Below, one piece after another: positions 55,176 to 64,000 of a stretch of 64,000 bases of DNA. The notes beneath the pieces are model-generated. The model ran no database searches. It had not been told where the DNA came from and was given only the letters and a program-made list of their open reading frames with translations. Source of the stretch: an uncultured Gammaproteobacteria bacterium (GTDB lineage Bacteria; Patescibacteriota; Patescibacteriia; Magasanikbacterales; GWA2-37-8); the NCBI GenBank assembly GCA_964355175.1, contig CAYHBZ010000002.1, positions 28,426 to 92,425 of the forward strand, in the 5' to 3' direction. Each line of letters starts with the position of its first letter. Position 1 is the stretch's first letter. Both the position numbers and the translations under genes were made by a program.

Positions 55176-58100
55176 ATGGATGAGAAGGTAGCGAAAATAA
55201 AACAGGGGGAAAGAAACCGTAATTTTTGGTATACGGCTGTCTTTTTGTTTTTGTTCTCTTTGTTGGCTTTTATTGGAAAAAATTTGGCCTTGGCCGCTGA
55301 TGCGCCGGCAGTAGTTACTTATCAGGGAAAATTATTAGTAAATGGTTCTACCGCTACTACCACCCAATCAATAAAATTTGTTTTATATGATGCTTTAACT
55401 TCTGGAACGGCTCTATATACCGCTTCCGGTACTATAGGCACCCCAACAGCAGTAAGCACTACGGTAAGCAATGGCTTCTTTACGATTAATTTAGGGGATA
55501 CTGGCACCAACTCTTTGGATCCCGCGGTATTTAAAAATAACTCATCGGTTTATTTGGAAGTAATTATTGGCTCAGAAACCTTGTCTCCACGTAAACGTTT
55601 GACGGCTGCTCCTTATGCCTTTAATGCCAAATACTTAGATGGTATTAGCGCTACCGCAACACCACAAACATTTGCTTATATTCCCGTAGCCGATGCTAGT
55701 GGTAATTTAAATTTTAAAAATGTTACCTCTACTGCTCTAGTGGTGACGGGAGAATCAAATTTGGCCACTACTACTCTGTCTACTCTAAATTCTACCGATG
55801 TTAATGGCACAAATTTAAATTTTATTAATGGTAGAATTTTGTTTTTAACCTCCTCAGGAACTGCCACCTTAACCGATTTAACAGTGCTCGGCAGTGGCGT
55901 ATTAGCTACTACGACTATTGCAAGTTCAACTATCGGGCATTTAAATGTTACAAATACCACTACTATTGGCGGTATGCTGCGTATAACTGGCAATTCTTAT
56001 TTTGGCACAGTCGCTTCCGGCACTTGGAATGGTACAGCTGTATCTAGCGTGTATGGAGGTACAGGCCAGAATTCATCTGGTTGGACTGGGTTTATAAAAT
56101 TAACGGCTGGGGTTTGGTCAACCAGTACAATTAGCACAAATGATTTGTCCAATTCTTCAACTTTGGCTTTTTTGGCCGGCAATCAAACTTTTACCGGTAA
56201 TAATACTTTTTCTGCTACCAGTACTTTTGCAACTGCCACTTTTAGTGGATATCTAGGTATAGGTACCACTACTCCGGAAGAAAGATTGCATATTTATAAT
56301 GGTAATTTGAGAATAGATGGTCCGGTTAATCCTACGGCGGTTGGGTCTTATAATACTAGCGGCAACGCATTGAACATAAAAGTTTCTGGAAAATACGCTT
56401 ATGTAGCGGATGGCGCTAGTGGACTAGAAATTTTTGATATGTCTTTTCCTCTTTCTCCCGCCTTAGTTAGTACTTATGATACTTTTGGTATCGCTTATGA
56501 TGTAGAGATAGTTGGTCGGTATGCTTATGTGGCAGATGATACTAGTGGTCTATTGATAATAGATATAGAAAATCCAGGTATTCCAAGGTTGGTGGGCAGT
56601 TATGACACTTCGGGGAATTCGGTCTCAGTGTATGTTTCGGGTAAATACGCTTATGTGGCAGATCAAACTGGTGGTATCAGAATAATTGATGTGTCCAATC
56701 CTTATAATCCAATTTTAGTTTCTACTATTAGCGCTACCTCAGCTGACGATATATATATCCGTGGTAAATACGCTTATGTGGCAGATTATGGCGGAGGATT
56801 TAAAGTAGTTGATATTAGTGATCCGGTAAACCCTTTTATAGTTACTTCCACTGGTTCGGGGTTAGCCAATAGTGTCCATGTAATTGGGCGTTATGCTTAT
56901 GTATCTTTCAATACTTCTACCAATAATATTATTGCTTATAATATTTCTAATCCTACTTCCACTGTTCAAACCGATACTTTTTCTACCACAAATGCGGCCC
57001 AAGGTGTTTTCTTCTCAGGTAATTATTTGTATGCGATTGACACCACCACTTTTTATATTTTTAATCCCGGCTCTTTTTCTATAGTGGGAAGCTATGCTCT
57101 AAATGAAACCAAGTCATTAACCATAGTAGGAAAATATGCTTATATTTCCAATGGTAGTTCAGGTATTAGTATTTTAGATATAAAGGGCGCCGATATAACA
57201 GCGGCTAATATTGGAAGTGTGTCGACCAATAATTTGACAGTTTGGGAAAATGTTGAAATAGGAAATAATATATCGGTACGCAGTGGTTTAAATGTTGGTT
57301 TAGGTGGAATTTTATCCAACGGTCCTTTATCCATAAATTTTTCTTCCTACACCACAACTTCTTTATTTAGTATTTCCGCTTCCTCTTCTCCGGTAGTAGA
57401 TATTTTGGGGGACGGAAAAGTAGGAATTGGTACCAGCACTCCACAGCAAAAGTTGCATTTGTATGATGGCACTTTATTGGTAGATACACCAGCTAATCCT
57501 ACTTTGGTTGGATCTTTGATCTTTGATAGTACGCCGGCGGCCAGATCAGTTTATGTGGCTGGGAAATATGCCTATGTACTTACAAATAATGGTTTGGTAA
57601 GTATAAATGTAGATAATAAGGCTAATCCGACTGCAATAAGTTATTTAAGTATTAGTGGAACAACTGGGGCATTTGATAGATCGTTGGTAGTGGCTGGGAA
57701 ATATGCCTATGTTGTTGCCAATAGTGCAAATACTTTAAATGTAGTAGATATTTCCAATCCAAAATTGATGTCGATTGTTGGTACAGTCACTAGTGATAGC
57801 GTCTTAACGAACCCGGCGTCGATGTATGTATCCGGACAATATGCTTATATTGCTAGCAATGGAACAAGTACAGTGGCAGTCGTGGATATAGCCAATCCTG
57901 CTAGCCCAAGAGTTGTTGGAAGTGTGAGAGATACTAACAAGCTATCTTCAGTCAAAGGAATTTATGTAAGAGGAAAATATGCTTATGCCGTTAGTAGTGA
58001 CAATAATTATTTGGTAGTTATTGATGTTTCTACTCCGACAGCGCCTACAATTGTAGGGTCAATTGCTGATTCAACAAATATGAATGGAGCTTATTCAGTA

Positions 58101-60857
58101 TATGTTTCCGGGAATTATGCTTATGTGGCGAGCTTTTTTTCTAAGTCATTGGCAGTAGTGGATATTTCAGATCCGACTACACCGGTGGTATCAGCTGGTT
58201 TGATAGATGCTGTAAATTTAGATGATTCTAAAAGCGTATATGTTTCTGGAAAATATGCTTATGTAGCTTCAAATAATGGTGACAGGATCTCTATTGTGGA
58301 TATTTCTACTACTAGTACTTTAAGGGTGGTGGGGAGTTACAGTAGTAGTATGACAAACGGTCCTTTGTCAGTTTTTATTTCTGGAAAATATGCTTATGTA
58401 GCTTCCGTAAATTCGACTAATCTGGCCATCTTAGATATTAAGGGAGCTGATATAAGCTCCGCCAGTATAGGAAATATCAATTCCAACGACCTGACTGTTT
58501 GGGAGAATGTTGATGTTGGAAATAATTTATTTGTGAATAGCGCCATAAATGTCGGCGGAGGTTTGAACAGTAATGGTCCTATATCAATTAATACAAATTT
58601 AACTGGAGGAGCACTTTTTCAAATTTCTTCCAGTACCAACTCCTCAATCTTTACTATTTTGTCCAATGGTAACGTCAGCATCAATACCACTTCTTTTGGT
58701 GGCACTTCTTATAAATTAAGAATAGATGCTGGCGATATAGCTAATGGAGCTATTGGTACCAATGGGTTTATAAGAGCCACTTCCTATATAACTGCTAGCA
58801 CTACCTTAGACTTGGCTGAAACATATCCTATTAATGGTTCCTGTTCTGATAATGGCAGTTGTCCAACCGACGGTGATGTAGTTTGTAGTGATTCAACGGT
58901 GCTAGAAGGTGTAAAAAAGTGTACTTTAAATGATTTGCATCATATTATTGGTATAATTTCTACTAATCCTGGTTTCTTATTGGGTGGAGGAGATTTTTCC
59001 AACCCAACTCAAAATCTAGGTAGAGTCAAAGTGGCGTTAGCCGGTCGTGTTCCAGTAAAAGTTTCTTCTTTAAATGGCCCGATTGTTGCCGGTGATAAAT
59101 TAACTTTGTCCGATGTTGATGGTGTAGCGACCAAAGCTGTTGGCGAGGGTCCGGTAGTGGGCATAGCGATGGAGTCTTATTCAGGAAATACGCAAGGAAG
59201 TATTATCGTTTTTGTAAATTTAGGTTGGCAAAATCAACTTTATAAAGTTTTATCTTTAAAAACCGATATTGCAACTTTAGAATTAGGCAGTAGTGAGGTG
59301 CCTTATAATTTGTCTTTAAGTGGTGACTTGGTAATGTCTAATAATCTTTTAAATAAACTTTCATTTGGAGGGTCAGCTTTATTTGAAACTCAAACTTCGG
59401 CGGCTAATGCCTTTATATTTAATGCTTCAAATTATTCTACTTCTAGTAACCAATATTTATTATCATTGCGTTCCAATAATGATCCGCGTTTTTCAGTAAT
59501 GTCGAACGGAGACACTCATACTGTTGGAAATATTTATGCTGCCGGCGCTATTTTTGGCACATCCACTAATCCTGGTGATTTGGCTGAAAGAGTAGATCTC
59601 GCTTCTGATGACGCGGTAGAGCCTGGTGATGTTCTGGTGGTGGATATACAGAATCCTGACACCTATCGTCGCAGTAGTAACGCTAACGAACAAGCAGTGG
59701 CCGGAGTAGTGTCTACCAATCCTAGTATTATAGTGGGAAATGGCAAGACTTCGTATACTACCGTAATGGCCATGGTTGGCCGAGTTCCTTTAAAAGTTTC
59801 CAATGAAAATGGAGAAATCAAAAGAGGTGATTTATTGGTGAGTGCTTCTACGGTCGGTTATGCTATGAAATATAATTCACAAGTAGATACAAATGAGAAA
59901 GTGGTTGGAATTATCGGTGTGGCATTAGAACCATTTTCCGGAGAAAGCGGCAAAATCATGGCATTAATTCGTACCGGTTGGATCAGTAATAATACATCAG
60001 CCTTGTCGGTGGTAAAAAGTGATTTGCAAAAATTGGCAGACGCACAAGGAATGGCTTTGGGATCAAAACAAAATTTAAGTATTCAAAATGTTGGAGGCGC
60101 TCTAGCTTATAGTAGTGGAGATTTAAATTTACAAGGAAATAAATTATTAAATGTAGCCGCTATTTTTGGTAGAAATAATCGTTGGTCAATTGATGAACAG
60201 GGAAGGTTTATTACCCGTGTTTCCACCTCACAAGGAGAAAAGGATATGTACGCGATGCAGTCAGCAAATTCCGAATTTGTTTTTTCTAGTTCTTCACAAT
60301 TGATTGCTGGGGAGGTAAAAATTATATTTGACCAGTATGTTCAAGAGATAATAGATCAACAGCAACCAATAAAAATTAATATTACTTTGACTTCTGGTGA
60401 AGCCAAAGGTATTTATGTTAGCGAAAAAAATCCTCAAGGGTTTATTGTAAAAGAATTAGGCGATGGCAATAGCAGTGCAAGTTTTGATTGGATAGTGGTA
60501 GCTCGAAGCAAGGAGATAGAACAATCGCCAAGCGCTGACTTGATAAATAATTTAATTAACATTAATTCGGATAATTCTATTCCCGGAATTGATCCTGCTA
60601 CGGCAAGTGCCGATAATTCTGTTTTATCTCCGGTAGAAATATTAGATTCACTCTCACAAACAGGTTCTTCAAGTCCAATTTTAACTTCAGAATCCAATAA
60701 TGTTGAGCCAACTACTACTAATCCTGCGCCCTCTGTGGAAATTAGCTCTCCAGTTATAGCTCCGCCGGCTGAAGTTGTTTCTCCTGTTTCCGTCCCCGCT
60801 GCCGAACCTGATCCAGCCACGGTAGTCGAACAAGTTCCAACTCCGGCTACCCCCTAA
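55176..60857 (+). CDS. Giant fibre-like adhesin with two LVIVD-repeat modules and two peptidase G2/intramolecular-chaperone-like domains
   Basis: YQGKL...APYA N-domain, GIGT.TP, many VSGKYAYVA...IVDIS.P repeats, DLAE...STNP...GRVP.KV...GD.L twice, Pro-rich tail. Confidence 0.8.
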   Translation: MDEKVAKIKQGERNRNFWYTAVFLFLFSLLAFIGKNLALAADAPAVVTYQGKLLVNGSTATTTQSIKFVLYDALTSGTALYTASGTIGTPTAVSTTVSNGFFTINLGDTGTNSLDPAVFKNNSSVYLEVIIGSETLSPRKRLTAAPYAFNAKYLDGISATATPQTFAYIPVADASGNLNFKNVTSTALVVTGESNLATTTLSTLNSTDVNGTNLNFINGRILFLTSSGTATLTDLTVLGSGVLATTTIASSTIGHLNVTNTTTIGGMLRITGNSYFGTVASGTWNGTAVSSVYGGTGQNSSGWTGFIKLTAGVWSTSTISTNDLSNSSTLAFLAGNQTFTGNNTFSATSTFATATFSGYLGIGTTTPEERLHIYNGNLRIDGPVNPTAVGSYNTSGNALNIKVSGKYAYVADGASGLEIFDMSFPLSPALVSTYDTFGIAYDVEIVGRYAYVADDTSGLLIIDIENPGIPRLVGSYDTSGNSVSVYVSGKYAYVADQTGGIRIIDVSNPYNPILVSTISATSADDIYIRGKYAYVADYGGGFKVVDISDPVNPFIVTSTGSGLANSVHVIGRYAYVSFNTSTNNIIAYNISNPTSTVQTDTFSTTNAAQGVFFSGNYLYAIDTTTFYIFNPGSFSIVGSYALNETKSLTIVGKYAYISNGSSGISILDIKGADITAANIGSVSTNNLTVWENVEIGNNISVRSGLNVGLGGILSNGPLSINFSSYTTTSLFSISASSSPVVDILGDGKVGIGTSTPQQKLHLYDGTLLVDTPANPTLVGSLIFDSTPAARSVYVAGKYAYVLTNNGLVSINVDNKANPTAISYLSISGTTGAFDRSLVVAGKYAYVVANSANTLNVVDISNPKLMSIVGTVTSDSVLTNPASMYVSGQYAYIASNGTSTVAVVDIANPASPRVVGSVRDTNKLSSVKGIYVRGKYAYAVSSDNNYLVVIDVSTPTAPTIVGSIADSTNMNGAYSVYVSGNYAYVASFFSKSLAVVDISDPTTPVVSAGLIDAVNLDDSKSVYVSGKYAYVASNNGDRISIVDISTTSTLRVVGSYSSSMTNGPLSVFISGKYAYVASVNSTNLAILDIKGADISSASIGNINSNDLTVWENVDVGNNLFVNSAINVGGGLNSNGPISINTNLTGGALFQISSSTNSSIFTILSNGNVSINTTSFGGTSYKLRIDAGDIANGAIGTNGFIRATSYITASTTLDLAETYPINGSCSDNGSCPTDGDVVCSDSTVLEGVKKCTLNDLHHIIGIISTNPGFLLGGGDFSNPTQNLGRVKVALAGRVPVKVSSLNGPIVAGDKLTLSDVDGVATKAVGEGPVVGIAMESYSGNTQGSIIVFVNLGWQNQLYKVLSLKTDIATLELGSSEVPYNLSLSGDLVMSNNLLNKLSFGGSALFETQTSAANAFIFNASNYSTSSNQYLLSLRSNNDPRFSVMSNGDTHTVGNIYAAGAIFGTSTNPGDLAERVDLASDDAVEPGDVLVVDIQNPDTYRRSSNANEQAVAGVVSTNPSIIVGNGKTSYTTVMAMVGRVPLKVSNENGEIKRGDLLVSASTVGYAMKYNSQVDTNEKVVGIIGVALEPFSGESGKIMALIRTGWISNNTSALSVVKSDLQKLADAQGMALGSKQNLSIQNVGGALAYSSGDLNLQGNKLLNVAAIFGRNNRWSIDEQGRFITRVSTSQGEKDMYAMQSANSEFVFSSSSQLIAGEVKIIFDQYVQEIIDQQQPIKINITLTSGEAKGIYVSEKNPQGFIVKELGDGNSSASFDWIVVARSKEIEQSPSADLINNLININSDNSIPGIDPATASADNSVLSPVEILDSLSQTGSSSPILTSESNNVEPTTTNPAPSVEISSPVIAPPAEVVSPVSVPAAEPDPATVVEQVPTPATP

Positions 60858-60901
60858 GGTATTGAAATTTTTTTAAGTTATGTTATAATGGAAAACGTTG
60901 C

Positions 60902-60978
60902 GGGCCTTTAGCTCAGCTGGCTAGAGCGCTTCCATGGCATGGAAGAGGTCAAGGGTTCAAATCCCTTAAGGTCCACCA
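60902..60978 (+). tRNA. tRNA-Ala(GGC)
   Basis: G3:U70 acceptor, CTTCC-ATGGCAT-GGAAG, encoded CCA; TTGAAA...TATAAT promoter upstream. Confidence 0.95.
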
Positions 60979-61020
60979 ATTAAAAAAAGCGGCTTAATAA
61001 CCGTTTTTTATATATCAAAT

Positions 61021-62094
61021 ATGTCATTTTCAATTGGAATTGTCGGACTGCCAAATGTTGGTAAGTCTACACTATTTAACGCTTTGACTCGCAGTAAGCA
61101 AGCCCAAGCGCAAAACTATCCTTTTTGTACCATCGACCCAAATGTCGGTGTGGTAGAAGTGCCTGATAATCGTTTGGCTCAGTTGAGTAAATCTTCCGAA
61201 TCAAAAAAAATTATACCAACAGTGATTGAATTTGTGGATATTGCTGGCCTGGTGAAGGGCGCTTCCGAAGGTCAGGGTCTAGGTAATAAATTTTTGTCTC
61301 ATATCCGTGAAGTAGACGCTATTGCTCAGGTGGTGCGTGCTTTTAGCGACAGCAATGTGATTCATGTAAATAATAAAGTGGATCCAAAAGATGATGCCGA
61401 TGTTATTAATTTGGAATTGGCTTTGGCTGATTTGCAGACCGTAAGTAAAAGATTGGATAATGCTAAAAAAGCCGCCAAAGGAGTCGCCGCTAAAGATTTT
61501 GCCAAACAAATTGAATTATTGGAAAAAGTTAATGCTCAATTGCAACAAGGAAAACCGGCGCGTGAATTGGAATATGATGAAGAAGAAATGGAAATAATGC
61601 GTGAATTGCAATTGCTCACCATGAAGCCAATGTTGTATGTGGTAAATATAGATGAAAGTCAAAATAATGAAAATAAATTTGTTCCCCCAGCAGGTACCGA
61701 GATGATTGAAATTAGTGCCAAGCTTGAAGCCGAATTGGCCGAGCTCAGCGTAGAAGAAGCGGCTGAATATTTACAATCACTGGGAATGTCTCAGACTGGT
61801 TTGGATAAATTAGTAACCGCTAGTTATAAATTATTGGAATTAGTAACTTATTTTACTTCCGGTGAAGTGGAAACACGCGCCTGGACCGTAAAGAAAAATA
61901 CCAAGGCCCCTAATGCCGCCGGTGTAATTCACACGGATTTTGTAAAAGGTTTTATCAAAGCCGATGTCTGCGATTGGAAAGATTTTGTAGAATTTGGCGG
62001 ATGGAGCGGAATAAAAACTAGTGGCAAATTGCGCTTGGAAGGAAAAGATTATATTGTGAAAGACGGTGATACGGTATATTTTCACATAGCGTAA
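61021..62094 (+). CDS. ychF: Redox-regulated Obg-family ATPase YchF
   Basis: GIVGLPNVGKSTLFN, NYPFCTIDPN, DIAGLVKGAS.G.GLGNKFL, RLEGKDYIV.DGD. Confidence 0.97.
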   Translation: MSFSIGIVGLPNVGKSTLFNALTRSKQAQAQNYPFCTIDPNVGVVEVPDNRLAQLSKSSESKKIIPTVIEFVDIAGLVKGASEGQGLGNKFLSHIREVDAIAQVVRAFSDSNVIHVNNKVDPKDDADVINLELALADLQTVSKRLDNAKKAAKGVAAKDFAKQIELLEKVNAQLQQGKPARELEYDEEEMEIMRELQLLTMKPMLYVVNIDESQNNENKFVPPAGTEMIEISAKLEAELAELSVEEAAEYLQSLGMSQTGLDKLVTASYKLLELVTYFTSGEVETRAWTVKKNTKAPNAAGVIHTDFVKGFIKADVCDWKDFVEFGGWSGIKTSGKLRLEGKDYIVKDGDTVYFHIA

Positions 62095-62104
62095 TTAGGA
62101 GTAC

Positions 62105-62299
62105 TTAAATTTAAAAACAAAACACCTCCTATTTTTTACCTGATAAAAGTTCGCATAATTGGCTATAAATTTTCGTTATGGCCCTAAGGGTAGGGCCATT
62201 GTCCCGACTAAGTCGGGACACCACTCAAATTTACTTACGCCAATTAGGGGCTCACTTTTATGCGGTAAAAAATAGGAGGTGTTTTGTTTTTAAATTTAA
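62105..62299. repeat. 195-bp palindromic element, copy B
   Basis: Perfect 36-bp terminal inverted repeat; core nearly identical to copy A. Confidence 0.92.
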
Positions 62300-63462
62300 A
62301 CTTTCTTAAATCTCCAAATTTCACGGCCTAAATGTTGGGTTTCGCGCCAGTATAGCAGGTGTTTTTCTTCTTCTATTATACAATCATTTTCAAATCCAAG
62401 GTCTTCGATTTCTTCCTCACAGTCGATAGTTACCCAGCCATCGCGAGTTTTAAATCTAGGGATGATAAATACTACTACGCCATCATCCTTTAGTACTTTA
62501 TGAAATTGGGTGAAAGATTCTAAGTATAATCTTTTCAACTCAAGAGCCTGTTGTTCTAATACTAAAGCACTCTCGCTACCGCGCAATGGTTTTCCTAAGT
62601 AAGGCTCGGTAATAATTGCGTCCACTGAGTCGGATTTTATTTTTTGAGAAATTCTTGTAACATCTCCCACAAAAATTTTAATATCGTCAGTATTATTTTT
62701 TATTTGAAAATTGGTTTTTAGCCATTGCAGATTGAGGATAGTGTCGTTGATAGCCTTATCGGAAATATCCACGGCGATAATTTTTTTATAGCCCATTAAG
62801 ACCGCTTCACTAATTACAGTGCCTGAACCGCAAGAGGGATCAAAAATAGTTTTATCGGTTTTGGTAGTGGCAAGATTAATCATCATCATGGCCAATTTGG
62901 GCGGCAACATACCACTTTCATCGTCGCGTCCTGGTCGGCCGAAATCACGTTTGGAAAAGTCGTCTATTGCTTGAATGGCCGCGGTCATGAAAAGTTCATC
63001 CTGGTAGATTTCAATATCGGCTCCGGATTTAATCAGATTATTATAAATTACAGTGGCGGAATTTTTGGCTTCCACATAGCGGGCGGAGCGGCCCATATGT
63101 TTGAGCATTTTTTTTGTTTCAATACCAAGCGACACGGAACCGTTTATAGAAAATTCAATTTTTCCTTCAGTAATATGCTCGTTTAAAAATTTAGCCAGCT
63201 GAGAGGGGTTTTTTATTTTTCCGATAGAATAGGCAATTTTGATAGTGCCTCCTAATTTTTTTATTAGGTCGTTGGCGTTTGGAAAATGAGCGGCACTAAT
63301 AATTAGCTTATTTTCTTGATTATGAACAATCTCATAATCAATCTTATTTAATAAAAATAAAGCCTTGATTTCGACAAAAGACAGGACAGTTTCGCGTCCC
63401 AAAATAAATAGCCATTTATTTTTTACCGGAGATTGAGCTGGTAGGGGTGTTTTCGTTGCCAT
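62296..63462 (-). CDS. Trm11/UPF0020-like RNA methyltransferase
   Basis: GMLPPKLA.MMIN, DPSCGSGT, AVDIS, IITEPYLG. Confidence 0.8.
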   Translation of the reverse strand: MATKTPLPAQSPVKNKWLFILGRETVLSFVEIKALFLLNKIDYEIVHNQENKLIISAAHFPNANDLIKKLGGTIKIAYSIGKIKNPSQLAKFLNEHITEGKIEFSINGSVSLGIETKKMLKHMGRSARYVEAKNSATVIYNNLIKSGADIEIYQDELFMTAAIQAIDDFSKRDFGRPGRDDESGMLPPKLAMMMINLATTKTDKTIFDPSCGSGTVISEAVLMGYKKIIAVDISDKAINDTILNLQWLKTNFQIKNNTDDIKIFVGDVTRISQKIKSDSVDAIITEPYLGKPLRGSESALVLEQQALELKRLYLESFTQFHKVLKDDGVVVFIIPRFKTRDGWVTIDCEEEIEDLGFENDCIIEEEKHLLYWRETQHLGREIWRFKKV

Positions 63463-63766
63463 AGTAGAATATATTTTTTATTTTGTTATCAATAGTGGGT
63501 AAACCCTTTTTTAGCTTGATGGCGGCTTGGGCGCTCTCAAATGAGCGTGCGTCAATCGCGTCAATATTTGCTCCGGAGTTCAGTATAACAATTGCTTGGG
63601 CATTGTCCAGGGTGATATAGGTATATAAATATAGAAAATTGACGGTCCACATGATGCTTCCTATCAATAATCCTATAACAACCAGCTCAAAAATCTTCCA
63701 GGCGGTATATTTACCCGGTTTTTTGAATAGATTGAGTGATTTAGTTAGATTAGCGTTTAGCGGCAT
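63416..63766 (-). CDS. Hypothetical single-TM protein downstream of the pilO-like gene
   Basis: One TM segment; ATG at 63766 overlaps the end of the upstream gene. Confidence 0.6.
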   Translation of the reverse strand: MPLNANLTKSLNLFKKPGKYTAWKIFELVVIGLLIGSIMWTVNFLYLYTYITLDNAQAIVILNSGANIDAIDARSFESAQAAIKLKKGLPTIDNKIKNIFYYGNENTPTSSISGKK

Positions 63767-64000
63767 ATAATACAAGATCCAAATTTAAGATAGCGGCTTG
63801 GGGGTTGTCGGCAGGGGTAGAGAATCCAGGTGAAAAATGGACGGTTTTTACTTGTAAAAAATAAATTTGTTTTTCCAATGCCAGCAGATATTGTAATAAA
63901 TTTTGATAATTTCCTGTCACAGTCAGCGAAATATGAAGGGTATTTCCAGGTTTATCCAGATCAGTGTTATTTATTTTTTGATTTACTTGGTAGGTGTCCG
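63750..64000 (-). CDS. PilO-like type IV pilus assembly protein, C-terminal part (runs off window end)
   Basis: Hand translation ...HISLTVTGNYQNLLQYLLALEKQIYFLQVKTVHF...LNLDLVLY resembles the PilO G.Y..L..FL..LE motif. Confidence 0.6.
   Translation of the reverse strand, partial: DTYQVNQKINNTDLDKPGNTLHISLTVTGNYQNLLQYLLALEKQIYFLQVKTVHFSPGFSTPADNPQAAILNLDLVLYAAKR

Noticed and set aside
56380-58410. Regularly spaced AAATAYGCTTATGT repeats resembling a CRISPR array
   Set aside because: They are in-frame codons for the KYAYV motif of protein repeats, degenerate at third positions, with no cas genes.
55176-60857. Prophage, suggested by tail-fibre-like domains
   Set aside because: The protein has an export signal and there are no capsid, terminase, portal or integrase genes nearby.
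25800-60901. Cognate-codon leader peptides upstream of the other five tRNAs
   Set aside because: I checked upstream of both tRNA-Ser, tRNA-Arg and both tRNA-Ala genes and found no codon-run ORF with terminator. The arrangement is specific to tRNA-Asn in this window.
1-64000. Alternative genetic code (UGA read as Gly, as in Gracilibacteria)
   Set aside because: Conserved genes are full length under code 11, and TGA ends genes at 25802 and 27463.

Overview
Low-GC bacterial chromosome segment, genetic code 11. By inference it is from a Patescibacteria/CPR organism: AT-rich starts without Shine-Dalgarno motifs, short acidic orphan ORFs, and lamin-tail, WxL-like and giant fibre surface proteins. 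From left to right it holds: the end of dnaN; a riboflavin operon lacking ribB; PBP1A; dksA-lspA-comM; rpsL-rpsG-fusA (no tuf); a UvrD/PcrA helicase, tgt, rlmH and trpS; a 16-kb accessory region between two tRNA-Ser genes (three-gene toxin-antitoxin module, NirK/multicopper oxidase/CsoR-family/heavy-metal RND cluster); rmuC; parS-like sites; a surface-fibre operon; ychF; and a partial pilO-like gene. There are six tRNA genes. The top finding is absent from the ORF track: a closed transcription unit at 20281-20530. A 15-codon leader peptide with six consecutive Asn codons (MKKIFFTNNNNNNPA) and mutually exclusive 1:2, 2:3 and 3:4 hairpins lies directly upstream of tRNA-Asn(GTT), so a ribosome-mediated attenuator appears to control a tRNA gene through its own codons. 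Other strong candidates are a ~320-nt unassigned structured RNA with its own promoter, a twice-repeated ~197-bp T-shaped palindrome with copy-specific perfect arms, a recurring 26-bp palindrome beside DnaA boxes and parS, and a mini-element at the tRNA-Arg 3' end. All calls were made by eye, without database searches or folding software.
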